A stretch of DNA of 64,000 nucleotides from Alphaproteobacteria bacterium (GCA_017445475.1 JAFSUB010000018.1:47089-111088); one strand, 5' to 3'. Shown: positions 31,586 through 42,367, counted from the stretch's first letter. Numbers and translations are program-made. The notes: generated by a model not told the origin, from the letters alone.

Positions 31586-32800
31586 TTAAAAATTTTCAAA
31601 CAAATTTTTAATGTTTGGGTTTGAAATGTCCTCGAAAACAGTTTTAAGAAAAGCATTTGTCAGCATTTCACGCGCCTTGTTTTCGCAAATGCCGCGCGAT
31701 CTTAAATAAAACAGCTCGTCCTTGCTTAAATCGCCGCACGTTGCGCCGTGTGAACATTTGACGTCATCGGCAAAAATTTCAAGCTCGGGCTTAACATCAA
31801 CACTTGCTCCATCTGAAAGCAAAAGCGCCTTGTGAAGCTGATAACCTTTTGTGTGAACGGCATTTTTGGCCACGCAGATTTTGCCCTGAAAGACACCGCG
31901 CGCGTTTTCGTCAATCACGCCTTTAATGGTTTGCTCAGATGTTGTGAATGGTTTTAAGTGAGCGATGTTTGTTGTTGTGTCAACCAGTGTGTCGCCCTTA
32001 ATTTTGTATGCGGCGTTCAAAAAGGCCGAAGCACTTTCTTGAAGCAGGCAAATTTCAAGCTCGTGGCGCGAAAGTTTGCCTCCTTTTTGAAAAACATAGC
32101 TTTCATAACAACCGTTTGATTTAACTTCCGCCCGATTAAAGGCGATATGCGCTGCGCTTAAACCTTCGTTTTGAAGCTTATAGTGTTTTAAGCTTGCATC
32201 TTTTGCAACAAAAATTTCGTTGACGACATTTGTGAAATATGCCTCGTTTTGACCTTCAAAAATTTCCACTATTTCGGCAGACACGCCTTTTTCAAGCAAA
32301 ATAACATTATAAATGTTTTTCAGCCCCTGTTGCTTTGCCTGATAAAAAAACATAATCGGCTTTGACGGGGTTTTTTCAATGCGCAAAAACAGTCCTTGTT
32401 CTAAACAGGCAAGATTTAAGGCCGCAAAGGGATGTTTTGTTGCGTCAAATTTGTTGATATGGCCGGCCGCTTCGTGATTTTTCAAAGCCTCTGACAAAGG
32501 CAAAGCCTCCATTCCTTCGGTGAGATGAAAATGCTCGTGCAAAGTGCCGTCGCAAAAGAAAAAACAGTGCGCTTCAAAGTCAAGTTTGTTTTTTTCGCAG
32601 GCACATTCTTTAAAATGATTGCAGCAAGAACTTGGCTGAAACATCTCATCTGTTAAAACGTTTTGAACGGGGGTATATTTAAAAGCCTCGTCTTTTAAGG
32701 AGGGCAGGCTTAAAAAAGCGGCCTTTCCTTTTTGCCGCAAGGCTCCAAGAGAGGGGATGTCGGTTTCTTTGACGATGATGTCGTTTGGTAATTTCAACAT
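31586..32800 (-). CDS. sufD: Fe-S cluster assembly protein SufD
   Basis: GVFQGKI, KPELEIFADDVKCSHGAT, LFYLRSRGI. Confidence 0.92.
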   Translation of the reverse strand: MLKLPNDIIVKETDIPSLGALRQKGKAAFLSLPSLKDEAFKYTPVQNVLTDEMFQPSSCCNHFKECACEKNKLDFEAHCFFFCDGTLHEHFHLTEGMEALPLSEALKNHEAAGHINKFDATKHPFAALNLACLEQGLFLRIEKTPSKPIMFFYQAKQQGLKNIYNVILLEKGVSAEIVEIFEGQNEAYFTNVVNEIFVAKDASLKHYKLQNEGLSAAHIAFNRAEVKSNGCYESYVFQKGGKLSRHELEICLLQESASAFLNAAYKIKGDTLVDTTTNIAHLKPFTTSEQTIKGVIDENARGVFQGKICVAKNAVHTKGYQLHKALLLSDGASVDVKPELEIFADDVKCSHGATCGDLSKDELFYLRSRGICENKAREMLTNAFLKTVFEDISNPNIKNLFENF

Positions 32801-33561
32801 TTTTCACCCTTAATAAAATCGGCATACCCTTCGGCTTCAAGCTGCAAAGCCAAATTTTTATCGCCGGATTTGACGATGCGCCCGCCGGCAAAAACGTGCA
32901 CAAAATCAGGCTCAATTTGCTCAAGCAAATCTTGATGGTGGGTGATAATCAAAAAGGCGCGTTTTCCGTCGCGCAAGTTGTTGATGCCGCCGGAAACAAT
33001 TTTTAAGGCGTCAATGTCAAGGCCGGAATCGGCTTCGTCCAAAATGGCAAGCGTGGGTTGTAAAATTGCCATTTGAAGTGTTTCCATCTTCTTTTTTTCG
33101 CCGCCCGAAAAACCTGCATTAATGGCGCGTTTGAGCATATCCGAATTGATAAAAAGGCGGTTTGCTTCGTCGCGAACAAGGCGCATAAACGATGGCATAT
33201 CAATTTCTTTTTGGCCTTCATATGTGCGTTTGGCGTTTAAGGCATGTTTTAAGAACGTTATAAAGGCAACACCTTCAATTTCAATCGGATATTGCATCAA
33301 AAGGAAAAGACCTTCGTTGGCGCGTTCTTCCACATCAAGTGAAAACAAATCTTTGCCCTTAAAGGTAACACTGCCCGATGTGGGCGTGTAGCCCGGTTTT
33401 CCGCTTAAAACATTGGCCAAAGTCGACTTTCCGCCGCCGTTGGGCCCCATAATGGCGTGGACTTCGCCTTCGTTGATGGTTAAATTCAAACCTTTGATGA
33501 TTTCCTTATCACCGGCGTTTGCGTATAAATTTTTAATGTCGAGTATCGTTTTATTTGTCAT
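32794..33561 (-). CDS. sufC: Fe-S cluster assembly ATPase SufC
   Basis: GEVHAIMGPNGGGKST, GFSGGEKK, LDEADSGLDIDAL. Confidence 0.96.
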   Translation of the reverse strand: MTNKTILDIKNLYANAGDKEIIKGLNLTINEGEVHAIMGPNGGGKSTLANVLSGKPGYTPTSGSVTFKGKDLFSLDVEERANEGLFLLMQYPIEIEGVAFITFLKHALNAKRTYEGQKEIDMPSFMRLVRDEANRLFINSDMLKRAINAGFSGGEKKKMETLQMAILQPTLAILDEADSGLDIDALKIVSGGINNLRDGKRAFLIITHHQDLLEQIEPDFVHVFAGGRIVKSGDKNLALQLEAEGYADFIKGEKC

Positions 33562-33847
33562 GCGTTTTTTCCCATAGATTAAGCCTTTCTTCGATTGCTT
33601 TAAGCTTGTCTGTTTTATATGCCTCAACCTTGTCTTTGATATTATAGCAACATTTGAGTTGTTCAAGCATAATTTCAACATCGGCCGTTTCTTCAACAAT
33701 TTCGGCGACGTTGTCTTTTTTGCGATTGACGTTTTTCAAAATTTCTTTGATAAGCTCGCTCATTTCTTCAATCACTTGAAGCATTTGAGGCTCTTTGCCC
33801 CAAACCCGTAAAGCACGCTGATATAATGTTTCTTGTGTTTTGTTCAT
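33551..33847 (-). CDS. MazG-like all-alpha NTP pyrophosphohydrolase
   Basis: EEMSEL...EETADV acidic motifs. Confidence 0.8.
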   Translation of the reverse strand: MNKTQETLYQRALRVWGKEPQMLQVIEEMSELIKEILKNVNRKKDNVAEIVEETADVEIMLEQLKCCYNIKDKVEAYKTDKLKAIEERLNLWEKTHDK

Positions 33848-33866
33848 TGTTAAATACTTCCTTTTG

Positions 33867-34255
33867 CGTCATTCTGAGCGTCAGCGAAGAATCCAGCTAA
33901 ATCATCACAACAACTTTTCATATAAATCTTCCCATTCTTGGTTTGTTTGTTCAATTAAAGCGATTTTTTTGTTTCTTTTCCAACCTTTTAAAACTTTTTC
34001 CCGATGAATAGCTTCTTTTATATCACTAAAAATTTCGTAGTAAACCAATAATTTGACGTTATACTTTTTTGTAAATCCGGAATAAAAACCTGTTTTATGT
34101 TGCCAAATACGTTTGATTAAATCAGATGTTGCGCCGATATATAATGTTCCGTTTTTTTGACTGGCTAATATGTAAACATAAGAATTTAACATGATACATT
34201 AAAGATGGTTTGTTTTTCTGGATCCTTCGCGGTGTAAACCCCGCTCAGGATGACG
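33867..34255. mobile_element. REP-flanked GIY-YIG cassette inserted in the suf operon
   Basis: Inverted CGTC-type palindromes CGTCATTCTGAGCG..CGAAGAATCCAG (33867-33896) and CTGGATCCTTCG..CGCTCAGGATGACG (34218-34255) bracket the gene. Confidence 0.8.
33905..34192 (-). CDS. Stand-alone GIY-YIG nuclease family protein
   Basis: YVYILAS..NGTLYIG.TSDLIKRI.QH, FTKKY, LVYYE, AI.REK.LK.W.R..K. Confidence 0.93.
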   Translation of the reverse strand: MLNSYVYILASQKNGTLYIGATSDLIKRIWQHKTGFYSGFTKKYNVKLLVYYEIFSDIKEAIHREKVLKGWKRNKKIALIEQTNQEWEDLYEKLL

Positions 34256-34263
34256 GGGGAAAA

Positions 34264-35709
34264 TCATCCAACGCTTCCTTCTAAGCTGATGTTAATGAGT
34301 TTTGCGGCTTCAACAGCAAATTCCATCGGCAGTTTTTGCATCACCTCTTTGCAAAAACCGCTGACAATAAGCTGGGTGGCCTGTTCTTCGTTTAATCCCC
34401 TCTGCCTGCAATAAAAAAGCTGTTCTTCGCTGATTTTCGAAGTTGTTGCTTCGTGTTCTAAAACAGCCGTTTTGTTTTCGTTTTCGATGTATGGCACGGT
34501 GTGTGAGCCGCAGGTTCGGCCGATGAGCAGACTGTCGCATTGCGAGTGATTGCGGGCACCCGTTGCGCCTTTGGCAATTTTAACAAGCCCGCGGTAGGTT
34601 TGGTTTGAAAAGCCTGCCGAAATGCCTTTTGAAATAATACGCGACGTTGTGTTTTGCCCCAAATGAATCATTTTTGTGCCGGTGTCGGCCTGCTGAAAAT
34701 TGTTTGTGATGGCAACCGAATAAAATTCGCCCGATGAATTATTGCCCGCTAAAATGCACGAGGGATATTTCCACGTAACGGCCGAGCCGGTTTCGACCTG
34801 CGTCCACGAAACTTTCGCGTTTTCGCCTTTGCAAAGTGCGCGCTTTGTTACAAAGTTGTAAACGCCGCCTTTGCCTTTGCTGTCGCCCGGATACCAGTTT
34901 TGAACGGTGGAATATTTAACTTCCGCATCTTTTAAGACAACAATTTCAACAATGGCTGCGTGAAGCTGATTTTCATCGCGCATGGGTGCCGTGCAACCCT
35001 CTAAATAAGACACATAACTCCCTTCTTCTGCAACAATTAAAGTTCGCTCAAACTGGCCGGTGTTCTGCGCATTTATGCGAAAATATGTTGAAAGCTCCAT
35101 CGGGCACTTAACGCCTTTTGGGATATAAACAAAAGAACCGTCCGTAAACACGGCACTGTTCAAACACGCAAAAAAATTGTCGCTATAAGGCACAACCAAA
35201 CCCAAATATTTTTTTACCAACTCGGGGTGTTCTTTAACGGCTTCGGAAATGGAACAAAAAATAATGCCCATCTCTTTAAGTTTTGAACGATAGGTCGTGG
35301 CAACCGAAACACTGTCGAGAACGGCGTCAACGGCCACAACGCCTGCCAAAATCTCTTGTTCTTTTAGGGGAATGCCGAGCTTGTCGTAGGTTTTTAAGAT
35401 TTCTGGATTGACCTCATCAAGACTTTTGGGTTTAGCCTTTTGTTTTGGAGCGGCATAATAAAACAAATCTTGATAGTTTAGCTTTTCATAGGTCAGCTTT
35501 GCCCATTTCGGCTCAACCATCGTCAGCCAATGCCGATAAGCCCTCAGACGGCGTTCAAGCAGCCAGTCGGGCTCGTCTTTTTTGCTTGAGATGAGCCTGA
35601 TAATATCTTCATTTAAGCCTTTAGGTGCGGTTTCAACCTCAATATCGCTGACAAAGCCGTATTTGTATTTATCACCGCTTAAATCTTCAATGTTTGGTTT
35701 TTGAACCAT
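34264..35709 (-). CDS. sufB: Fe-S cluster assembly protein SufB
   Basis: [44 protein letters not shown]. Confidence 0.98.
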   Translation of the reverse strand: MVQKPNIEDLSGDKYKYGFVSDIEVETAPKGLNEDIIRLISSKKDEPDWLLERRLRAYRHWLTMVEPKWAKLTYEKLNYQDLFYYAAPKQKAKPKSLDEVNPEILKTYDKLGIPLKEQEILAGVVAVDAVLDSVSVATTYRSKLKEMGIIFCSISEAVKEHPELVKKYLGLVVPYSDNFFACLNSAVFTDGSFVYIPKGVKCPMELSTYFRINAQNTGQFERTLIVAEEGSYVSYLEGCTAPMRDENQLHAAIVEIVVLKDAEVKYSTVQNWYPGDSKGKGGVYNFVTKRALCKGENAKVSWTQVETGSAVTWKYPSCILAGNNSSGEFYSVAITNNFQQADTGTKMIHLGQNTTSRIISKGISAGFSNQTYRGLVKIAKGATGARNHSQCDSLLIGRTCGSHTVPYIENENKTAVLEHEATTSKISEEQLFYCRQRGLNEEQATQLIVSGFCKEVMQKLPMEFAVEAAKLINISLEGSVG

Positions 35710-35842
35710 TTTTTTCCTCGTTTTTTAAGGCTCACATTAAGCGCTTTTTGTTCAAAAATCAAGGGGGATTTCATCGAATTTGTTGACTTCTTTGAATATT
35801 TTTCGTAGAATATAAGAAGATTGAAGCCAAAGGGTTTGTGTC

Positions 35843-37795
35843 ATGGTTAAAATTAGAGAGGTTAACAGAGATATATATTCAATCGGTGCCAAAGCAGGCG
35901 TTGCCGTTTTTTGCTATGACGACATACACAACGCTGTTGTTAACAATCAATTTCATTATGATTATCAAAAAGTGATAGATGAGGTTGCCAAACTTCAAAA
36001 CATCAGCGCAGATGAGGCGGAAAAGGGGCTACTTAAAAAAGGTGTGCTTTTACCGCTTCCGAACGGTGAATACAAAGTTGATGTTAAGGACGCATTTTTT
36101 GACGGTGTGAACTATGGCTCCGTTTTCTTTGTTAACCGTAGCAAAGATTGTGAAACCAAATATCACGAACTTGCTCATTCTCTTCAAGAAAAATACGGCC
36201 TGTTTGCCAAAGAGGCAATAGACAGGGTTTATGAAAAAGTTACAAAAGATATGGCGGCGGCGCAGAAGCACTCAAAAGGAGAGGGTTTTACAGGCGTTGC
36301 AAAAGATGAATATATCAACTATCTCAAAGAAATGCATGCTGAAAGTTTTGCCTATGCGGCGATGATGCTCAGAGCCGAAAATAAGGCTGATTTTATTTGG
36401 CAACAGGCTCGTGCATACGGCAACGCCGTTCTCAATCAGATGCGTGCTTTTCTGCCTTTAGGAACAGCAAAATATGATGAAAATCATGCCAAGTTTTATG
36501 CAAGCCTTCCTGTGATAAAGCACACCGTCAAAAGAATGCGTAAAACGCATAAAATCGGCAAAACGGGGCAGTTTTTTGAAAAAGACGGTGTTCTACAAGA
36601 TGAAGCATTGGCGCGTTTTTGCGAAGATATTGTTTTAAGGGAAGCATATTCGCCCAAAACCTTAAAATCTTTCTTTGAATATCGTATGCTTAAAAATCCG
36701 CGCAGCAAAGAGCGCGGTTGGCGAAGAGATGCTTTTGAAGCGGCGTTACTGGCCGTTCCGGCGCTCATAACGACGTTGCCGGAGGACGGAATTGTTGAGG
36801 CCGTCAAAAACCGGCGCAAGCACAATGCACTTTATCGGCTTGAAAAACAAAACATCGAAAAATATGTGCACGCCGATATTCAAACCATATCGTCTGAAAT
36901 GCGCGCTTTGAAAGCATACGAAAAGCTTTTGGTCGCTTTGAGCCAAAGCGGCAACACACAGTTTGAAAATTATGTTCGCTCGAATTGCAGTGATATTTTG
37001 CAAAACGGGCAAATGCCTAAATCGGTTATTCGCTACAAAACAAATATCGACTTTCTTTCGAAAAAAGAACGGGCAGAGCTTTCGACTTTGTTCGAATATG
37101 CGGGAAAAATTGTTTCTCAACATGCGGAAAATCCTTATTTTAAAACGCTGATTGAATCAAGTTGCGACTTTATGACAACAAAAAATCTGATTGAGCAAAA
37201 AAAGCAAAATCCGCTTGTTGAGGTTATTGATGCGGCCAATCTTGAGAAAAAGAGCAAACCGAAGCAATCGGCTAAAAGTGCGTTTAATGCGCAAATTTCA
37301 GAGATAAACACTTTTTTACAAGACCATCCAAATGAGCAATTGCAGCTTCAGACCGTTTTAACGGACGTGCTTGTTCGTTATGGACCAAAGATATATGATG
37401 ACGGGCTTTTAGAAAAACTTTCGCAAAACATCAAGCCGAAAAGAGATTTTTTGGGCTTGAAAAAAAAGAAGCTTGATAAAGACTTGAGCAAACTCATCGA
37501 CAGCCTTTCATACGTTTATTTTAGACATTCATCGGATGAAGCATATCTGGCCTTGTTAGAGCAAACAAAAAGCGTTTCGGGTTCAAGCATCAATTTTGAA
37601 AAAATTAAGCAAAAACAAAACAAGCCGGATGCCTTAACCGTTAAGTCGCGTCAGGTTGTTGAAAAGCTTCGGGGAATTACAAGAACCCCAAAAAGCGGTG
37701 TGTCGGCTGAAGTTTTGCCCGAAACTTCACAAAGCGATGTAAATACGGATGTCGTCGCTTCTCAATCCGCTTCAAAACAGGAAGAAGGTCGCTAA
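35843..37795 (+). CDS. Hypothetical protein with zincin-like HExxH...E motif
   Basis: YHELAHSLQ and downstream KEMHAESFA; low-complexity tail ending QEEGR. Confidence 0.7.
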   Translation: MVKIREVNRDIYSIGAKAGVAVFCYDDIHNAVVNNQFHYDYQKVIDEVAKLQNISADEAEKGLLKKGVLLPLPNGEYKVDVKDAFFDGVNYGSVFFVNRSKDCETKYHELAHSLQEKYGLFAKEAIDRVYEKVTKDMAAAQKHSKGEGFTGVAKDEYINYLKEMHAESFAYAAMMLRAENKADFIWQQARAYGNAVLNQMRAFLPLGTAKYDENHAKFYASLPVIKHTVKRMRKTHKIGKTGQFFEKDGVLQDEALARFCEDIVLREAYSPKTLKSFFEYRMLKNPRSKERGWRRDAFEAALLAVPALITTLPEDGIVEAVKNRRKHNALYRLEKQNIEKYVHADIQTISSEMRALKAYEKLLVALSQSGNTQFENYVRSNCSDILQNGQMPKSVIRYKTNIDFLSKKERAELSTLFEYAGKIVSQHAENPYFKTLIESSCDFMTTKNLIEQKKQNPLVEVIDAANLEKKSKPKQSAKSAFNAQISEINTFLQDHPNEQLQLQTVLTDVLVRYGPKIYDDGLLEKLSQNIKPKRDFLGLKKKKLDKDLSKLIDSLSYVYFRHSSDEAYLALLEQTKSVSGSSINFEKIKQKQNKPDALTVKSRQVVEKLRGITRTPKSGVSAEVLPETSQSDVNTDVVASQSASKQEEGR

Positions 37796-37859
37796 AAAAA
37801 TACAATTTAAGAAAAAGTTAGTGATTTTGGCGCTATACTCCTTCATCAAAGGTTGAAAA

Positions 37860-38738
37860 ATGCTCAAAAAAAGTGTTTTGATATGGCTTGTTTGCGCTGT
37901 TTTAAGCGGCTGTTCTTATTTGCAGAACTTGCCGCTTTTCGGCCGTGCGCCCGATGTGGTTGAGGTGAAAAAAGGCGACACGCTCTACAGCATTGCCAAG
38001 CGTTATGACATGTCGATTGATGAACTTATCGAGCTCAACGGTATCGACAGCCCCGATCAGCTTTATGTCGGGCAAGTGCTGAAAATGAGCGCAAACACGG
38101 TTTACACGGTTAAAAAGGGCGACACACTGGCCTCAATCGCAAGGCGATATCACACAAACTATAAGGCTTTGGCACAAAAAAACAACATTAAAGAACCGTA
38201 TAACTTAAATGTCGGGCAAAAAATTATCGTTTCGGCAAGTTCGGCACCGGTGCAAAAAAGCACGGCCCAAAATACCACGCCTGTAAAGAAACAATCCGGC
38301 GTGCAAAATCAGACGGGAAGAAAAAACCAAACAGCAAGCGCAGTTCCCGTTTCGACCAAACGCAGTGCGAAATTTATGTGGCCCGTTTCAGGCAAGGTTA
38401 TTTCTTCTTTCGGGGCGACGGGAAAAGGACGCAAAAATGACGGAATCAACATTTCGGCGCCGCTCGGCACAACGGTCAAGGCCGGCGACAAGGGAACGGT
38501 TGCTTATGCCGGCAACGGCCTTAAGGGTTTTGGCAACCTTATTTTGATTAAACATTCGGACGGCTATATCACGGCTTATGCGCATAATGAAAAGATTTTG
38601 GTTCAGAAAGGACAAATCGTGCAACGGGGTGAAAAAATTGCAACCGTGGGACAAACGGGCGGCGTGAACAAACCGCAGCTTCACTTTGAGGTTCGTGCGG
38701 GCAAAAAGGCCGTTAATCCGAGAAATTATCTGCCTTGA
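37860..38738 (+). CDS. nlpD: LysM x2 plus M23 peptidase lipoprotein (NlpD-like)
   Basis: Lipobox LSGC; two VKKGDTL LysM repeats; NDGINI, TAYAHN, PQLHFEVR. Confidence 0.9.
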   Translation: MLKKSVLIWLVCAVLSGCSYLQNLPLFGRAPDVVEVKKGDTLYSIAKRYDMSIDELIELNGIDSPDQLYVGQVLKMSANTVYTVKKGDTLASIARRYHTNYKALAQKNNIKEPYNLNVGQKIIVSASSAPVQKSTAQNTTPVKKQSGVQNQTGRKNQTASAVPVSTKRSAKFMWPVSGKVISSFGATGKGRKNDGINISAPLGTTVKAGDKGTVAYAGNGLKGFGNLILIKHSDGYITAYAHNEKILVQKGQIVQRGEKIATVGQTGGVNKPQLHFEVRAGKKAVNPRNYLP

Positions 38739-38831
38739 AAATAAAAAAAATGTTCAATACTTTGATTTTATGTCTTGAGATATCAAATTTTTGCGTTATA
38801 GTGCAAGCAGTTTAATTTTTGGGAGAAACAG

Positions 38832-39185
38832 ATGTTTATTTCAAATGCTTTTGCGCAAAGTGCTTCCGAGGTTGCGGGTGCATCGCCGATTTTGGGCACC
38901 GTGCTTCAAATTGCGTTGATTTTTGTGGTGTTTTATTTGCTGCTTATTCGTCCGCAGCAAAAGAAGATGAAACAGCACGAAGCCGCGCTTTTGGCAATTA
39001 AAGCGGGCGACAATGTTATCACGGGCGGCGGCATATACGCCACTGTTATTGCGGTAGATGGCGATGATTTAACGCTTGAAATTTCAAAAGGTGTTGAGGT
39101 GAAGGCACATCGCTATACCATTCGTGAGGTTTTGCAAAAAACCGAGGCGCCCGAGCGCAAAACAAAAAAGAACAAAAAAAGTTAG
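38832..39185 (+). CDS. yajC: Preprotein translocase subunit YajC
   Basis: FYLLLIRPQQKK, GDNVITGGGI. Confidence 0.95.
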   Translation: MFISNAFAQSASEVAGASPILGTVLQIALIFVVFYLLLIRPQQKKMKQHEAALLAIKAGDNVITGGGIYATVIAVDGDDLTLEISKGVEVKAHRYTIREVLQKTEAPERKTKKNKKS

Positions 39186-39194
39186 GACAAAAAG

Positions 39195-40742
39195 ATGTAT
39201 AAGTTATCAAAACAAAGAGTTTTAATGATTTTAGCGGTTTGTTTGGTCGGCTTTATTTTGGCTGTGCCGAATTTTATGCCAAAGTCGCTTAAATTGCCCA
39301 CATGGTGGCAACCTGTGAGTCTTGGGCTTGATTTGCAGGGTGGTTCGAATCTGCTCTTGGAAGTGAATATGAAAGAGGTTGTGCGTGAACGTATGGGGCT
39401 TTTGGAAGACGCTGTGCGCCAAAGCCTGCGTGAACATCGTATACGCTATCAAAACTTATCTGCCGGTGCGGACAGTGTTAAAGTGAAAATCGACAACTAT
39501 AATGCACGCACACAAGCGATGGGTTATTTCAAAAAGCTGGAAGACGGGCTTGAAGTAACCACCGATGAAAACGGCACAATCGAAATTAAATACTCCGAGC
39601 AGGCCTTAAATATGCTTGCTAAAAGGGTTATTGATCAATCAATAGAAATCGTGCGTCGCCGCATTGATGAGCTCGGGACTAAAGAGCCGGTTATTCAAAG
39701 TCAGGGTTCAAGCCGGATTGTGGTTCAGCTTCCCGGTGTTCAAAATCCCGAAGAAGTTAAAGCGCTGTTAGGCAAAACGGCAAAAATGTCGTTTCACTTG
39801 GTTGACAGCCGAACAACGGCCGGCGATGCCAAAAGAGGAAAATTAAGCAACACATCGCGCGTGATTAACAGCGCCGAAGGCGGCCAGCTTGTGATTCAGC
39901 GAAAAGCTGCTGTCGGCGGTGAAAATTTGACGGATGCGCAGGTTGCTTTTCAAGACGGTGGGGCTGTTGTATCGTTTAAGTTTAACACAATCGGAGGCAG
40001 AAAGTTTGGCGAGGTTACCAAGAACAATGTCGGCGAAAGGTTGGCCATTGTTTTGGATAATGAAGTGATTTCAGCGCCGACAATTCAAGGTCCGATTTTG
40101 GGCGGCAGCGGTGTGATTACCGGAAATTTCAGCGCTGAAGAAGCCAACAATTTGGCAATGCTTTTGCGTTCGGGTGCTTTGCCTGCGCCACTCGAAATTT
40201 TGGAAGAACGCACGGTTGGTGCAGGTCTTGGTGCCGATTCAATCAAAGATGGTGTGTTTGCCTCGATTGTCGGGCTTATTGCCGTTGTTGTGTTTATGAT
40301 TTTAGCGTATGGCCTGTTCGGTTTGTTTACGACCATCACGGTTTTGATTAACCTTGTTTTGATGCTTGGGGCAATGAGTTTTATCGGCACAACGCTGACA
40401 CTTCCGGGTATTGCGGGCATTATTTTGACAATCGGTATGGCGGTTGATGCCAATGTGCTGATTTTTGAACGTATGCGCGAAGAGGTCAAAAACGGAAGAA
40501 CCCCGCGTGATGCAGCAGACACAGGTTTTACGGAAGCGTGGTCAACAATTGTCGATTCAAATTTAACAACGCTTGTTGCGGCTGCCGTTCTGTTTTGGTT
40601 TGGCACGGGGCCGGTCAGAGGTTTTGCCGTTACGCTTTCCATCGGTATTTTAACGTCGATGTTTACTTCCGTTACGGTTACGCGTTTGATTATTACCTAT
40701 TGGCTTAATCGCTTTAAGCCGACAAAACTGCCGATTCAATAA
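39195..40742 (+). CDS. secD: Protein translocase subunit SecD
   Basis: LGLDLQGG, RRRIDELG..EP, LRSGALP, GMAVDANVLIFER. Confidence 0.97.
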   Translation: MYKLSKQRVLMILAVCLVGFILAVPNFMPKSLKLPTWWQPVSLGLDLQGGSNLLLEVNMKEVVRERMGLLEDAVRQSLREHRIRYQNLSAGADSVKVKIDNYNARTQAMGYFKKLEDGLEVTTDENGTIEIKYSEQALNMLAKRVIDQSIEIVRRRIDELGTKEPVIQSQGSSRIVVQLPGVQNPEEVKALLGKTAKMSFHLVDSRTTAGDAKRGKLSNTSRVINSAEGGQLVIQRKAAVGGENLTDAQVAFQDGGAVVSFKFNTIGGRKFGEVTKNNVGERLAIVLDNEVISAPTIQGPILGGSGVITGNFSAEEANNLAMLLRSGALPAPLEILEERTVGAGLGADSIKDGVFASIVGLIAVVVFMILAYGLFGLFTTITVLINLVLMLGAMSFIGTTLTLPGIAGIILTIGMAVDANVLIFERMREEVKNGRTPRDAADTGFTEAWSTIVDSNLTTLVAAAVLFWFGTGPVRGFAVTLSIGILTSMFTSVTVTRLIITYWLNRFKPTKLPIQ

Positions 40743-40760
40743 GAGAGAAGGACAAAGAAG

Positions 40761-41699
40761 ATGAGAATATTCAGTTGGATTACAAAAGACACAAACATTG
40801 ATTTTTTAAAACCGCGTAAGCTGACATATACAGCCTCGATTTTGCTGGTGCTTGCCTCGGTTTGGCTGATGTTTTTCCACGGTTTTAACTATGGTATTGA
40901 TTTTTCCGGCGGTGTTTTGATGGAGATTAAAAGCGAAAACAAAATCAATGTTGAGCAAATCAGGCAAAAACTTTCCGTGCTCGGTTTAGACGAGCTGACG
41001 CTTCAAAGTTTGGGCGAAGAAGGCAACGAGCTGATGATTCGCGCGCAGGCTGATAATGCCAATGAGGAAAGCCAACGTATTGCGATTGTCAAAATCAAAG
41101 AGATTTTGGGAAACTCTTACGAGTATCGCCGTGTTGAATCTGTCGGTCCGCAAGTCGGAGACGAATTAAAGCGTGCGGGTGTGATTGCGTCTTTAATTGC
41201 AATTTTGGCGATTTGCGCTTATGTGTGGTTTCGCTTTGAATGGCAATTTGCATTGGGTGCGCTTTTAGGGTTGTTTCACGACATCATCATCACGGTCGGC
41301 TTCTTGTCGCTCTTTGATTTTGATATCAGCTTAACAACGGTTGCCGCCATTCTGACGCTTGCGGGTTATTCAATTAACGATACGGTTGTCAACTATGACC
41401 GAATTAGGGAGAACTTACGTAAATTCAAGAAGATGAGCCAATATGATTTAATCAACAAAAGTATCAACGACATTTTTTCACGCACGATTTTAACGGGCTT
41501 GACAACACTATGCGCGGCTGTCGCTTTGTTTGCGTTCGGCGGCGATGCGTTGAGAAGCTTTTCTTTTGTTATATGGTTTGGCGTGATTATCGGCACATAT
41601 TCTTCGATTTACATTTCGTGCGTGTTTTTGAATGTGTTTGACTTAAGAAAGACGCAGGAAAAGCGTGCACAAGACGTTAATCCGTTCGGCAACGTTTAA
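40761..41699 (+). CDS. secF: Protein translocase subunit SecF
   Basis: GIDFSGG, VGPQVG, GYSINDTVVNYDRIRE. Confidence 0.97.
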   Translation: MRIFSWITKDTNIDFLKPRKLTYTASILLVLASVWLMFFHGFNYGIDFSGGVLMEIKSENKINVEQIRQKLSVLGLDELTLQSLGEEGNELMIRAQADNANEESQRIAIVKIKEILGNSYEYRRVESVGPQVGDELKRAGVIASLIAILAICAYVWFRFEWQFALGALLGLFHDIIITVGFLSLFDFDISLTTVAAILTLAGYSINDTVVNYDRIRENLRKFKKMSQYDLINKSINDIFSRTILTGLTTLCAAVALFAFGGDALRSFSFVIWFGVIIGTYSSIYISCVFLNVFDLRKTQEKRAQDVNPFGNV

Positions 41700-41785
41700 A
41701 AATCAAAATTTTAGATGTTGAAAATAAAAAAATCGGTTTGTTTTTCAGGCCGATTTTTTTTATGCTACTTAAAGAGGAGGGCAAA

Positions 41786-42367
41786 ATGACAATTGTTGCG
41801 ATTTGGTGTCGGCATACAGGCGATAATGTGATTGGAATCGGTCAAAATATTCCATGGCATATTTCAAGCGATTTTAAGCGTTTTCGGCGCATCACCGAGG
41901 GCGGCATTGTTTTGGCGGGCGAAAGAACTTATGAAAGTTTTCCGAACAAAACACTCCCAAACCGCAAAATTTATGTTTTGACGTTTAATCCCGCTTATGA
42001 AGTTTCAGACAAAGAAAATCACTTTGTAATAACAGATGCCGATGCGCTTAAAAATGAAAGCAAAACCATTTATCTTTCGGGCGGTGCAAGCGTTTATAAG
42101 CTTTTTATGACAGGCGCGGTTGAGTTTATGCCCGATGTGGTGGTTGACTGCGTTTATCAAGGCGATTTAAATGCCGATTTGAAAGGGCAAAAGGTTGATA
42201 TTACGCCTTGCGTTGATGTGCTTAAAGAAAAATACGAGCAAATTTCCAAAGATTACATGGAAGACAACATCACAACGCGCGTTTTGGTCAAAAAAGGCGA
42301 TTTTGTGGATCAATCGGTCATCAAACACATTTTATCTGCCATTGAAAACAAAGGAGAAAACAAATGA
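41786..42367 (+). CDS. folA: Dihydrofolate reductase (divergent C-terminal half)
   Basis: VIG....[31 protein letters not shown]; GAGGAGG SD; coupled to thyA. Confidence 0.88.
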   Translation: MTIVAIWCRHTGDNVIGIGQNIPWHISSDFKRFRRITEGGIVLAGERTYESFPNKTLPNRKIYVLTFNPAYEVSDKENHFVITDADALKNESKTIYLSGGASVYKLFMTGAVEFMPDVVVDCVYQGDLNADLKGQKVDITPCVDVLKEKYEQISKDYMEDNITTRVLVKKGDFVDQSVIKHILSAIENKGENK

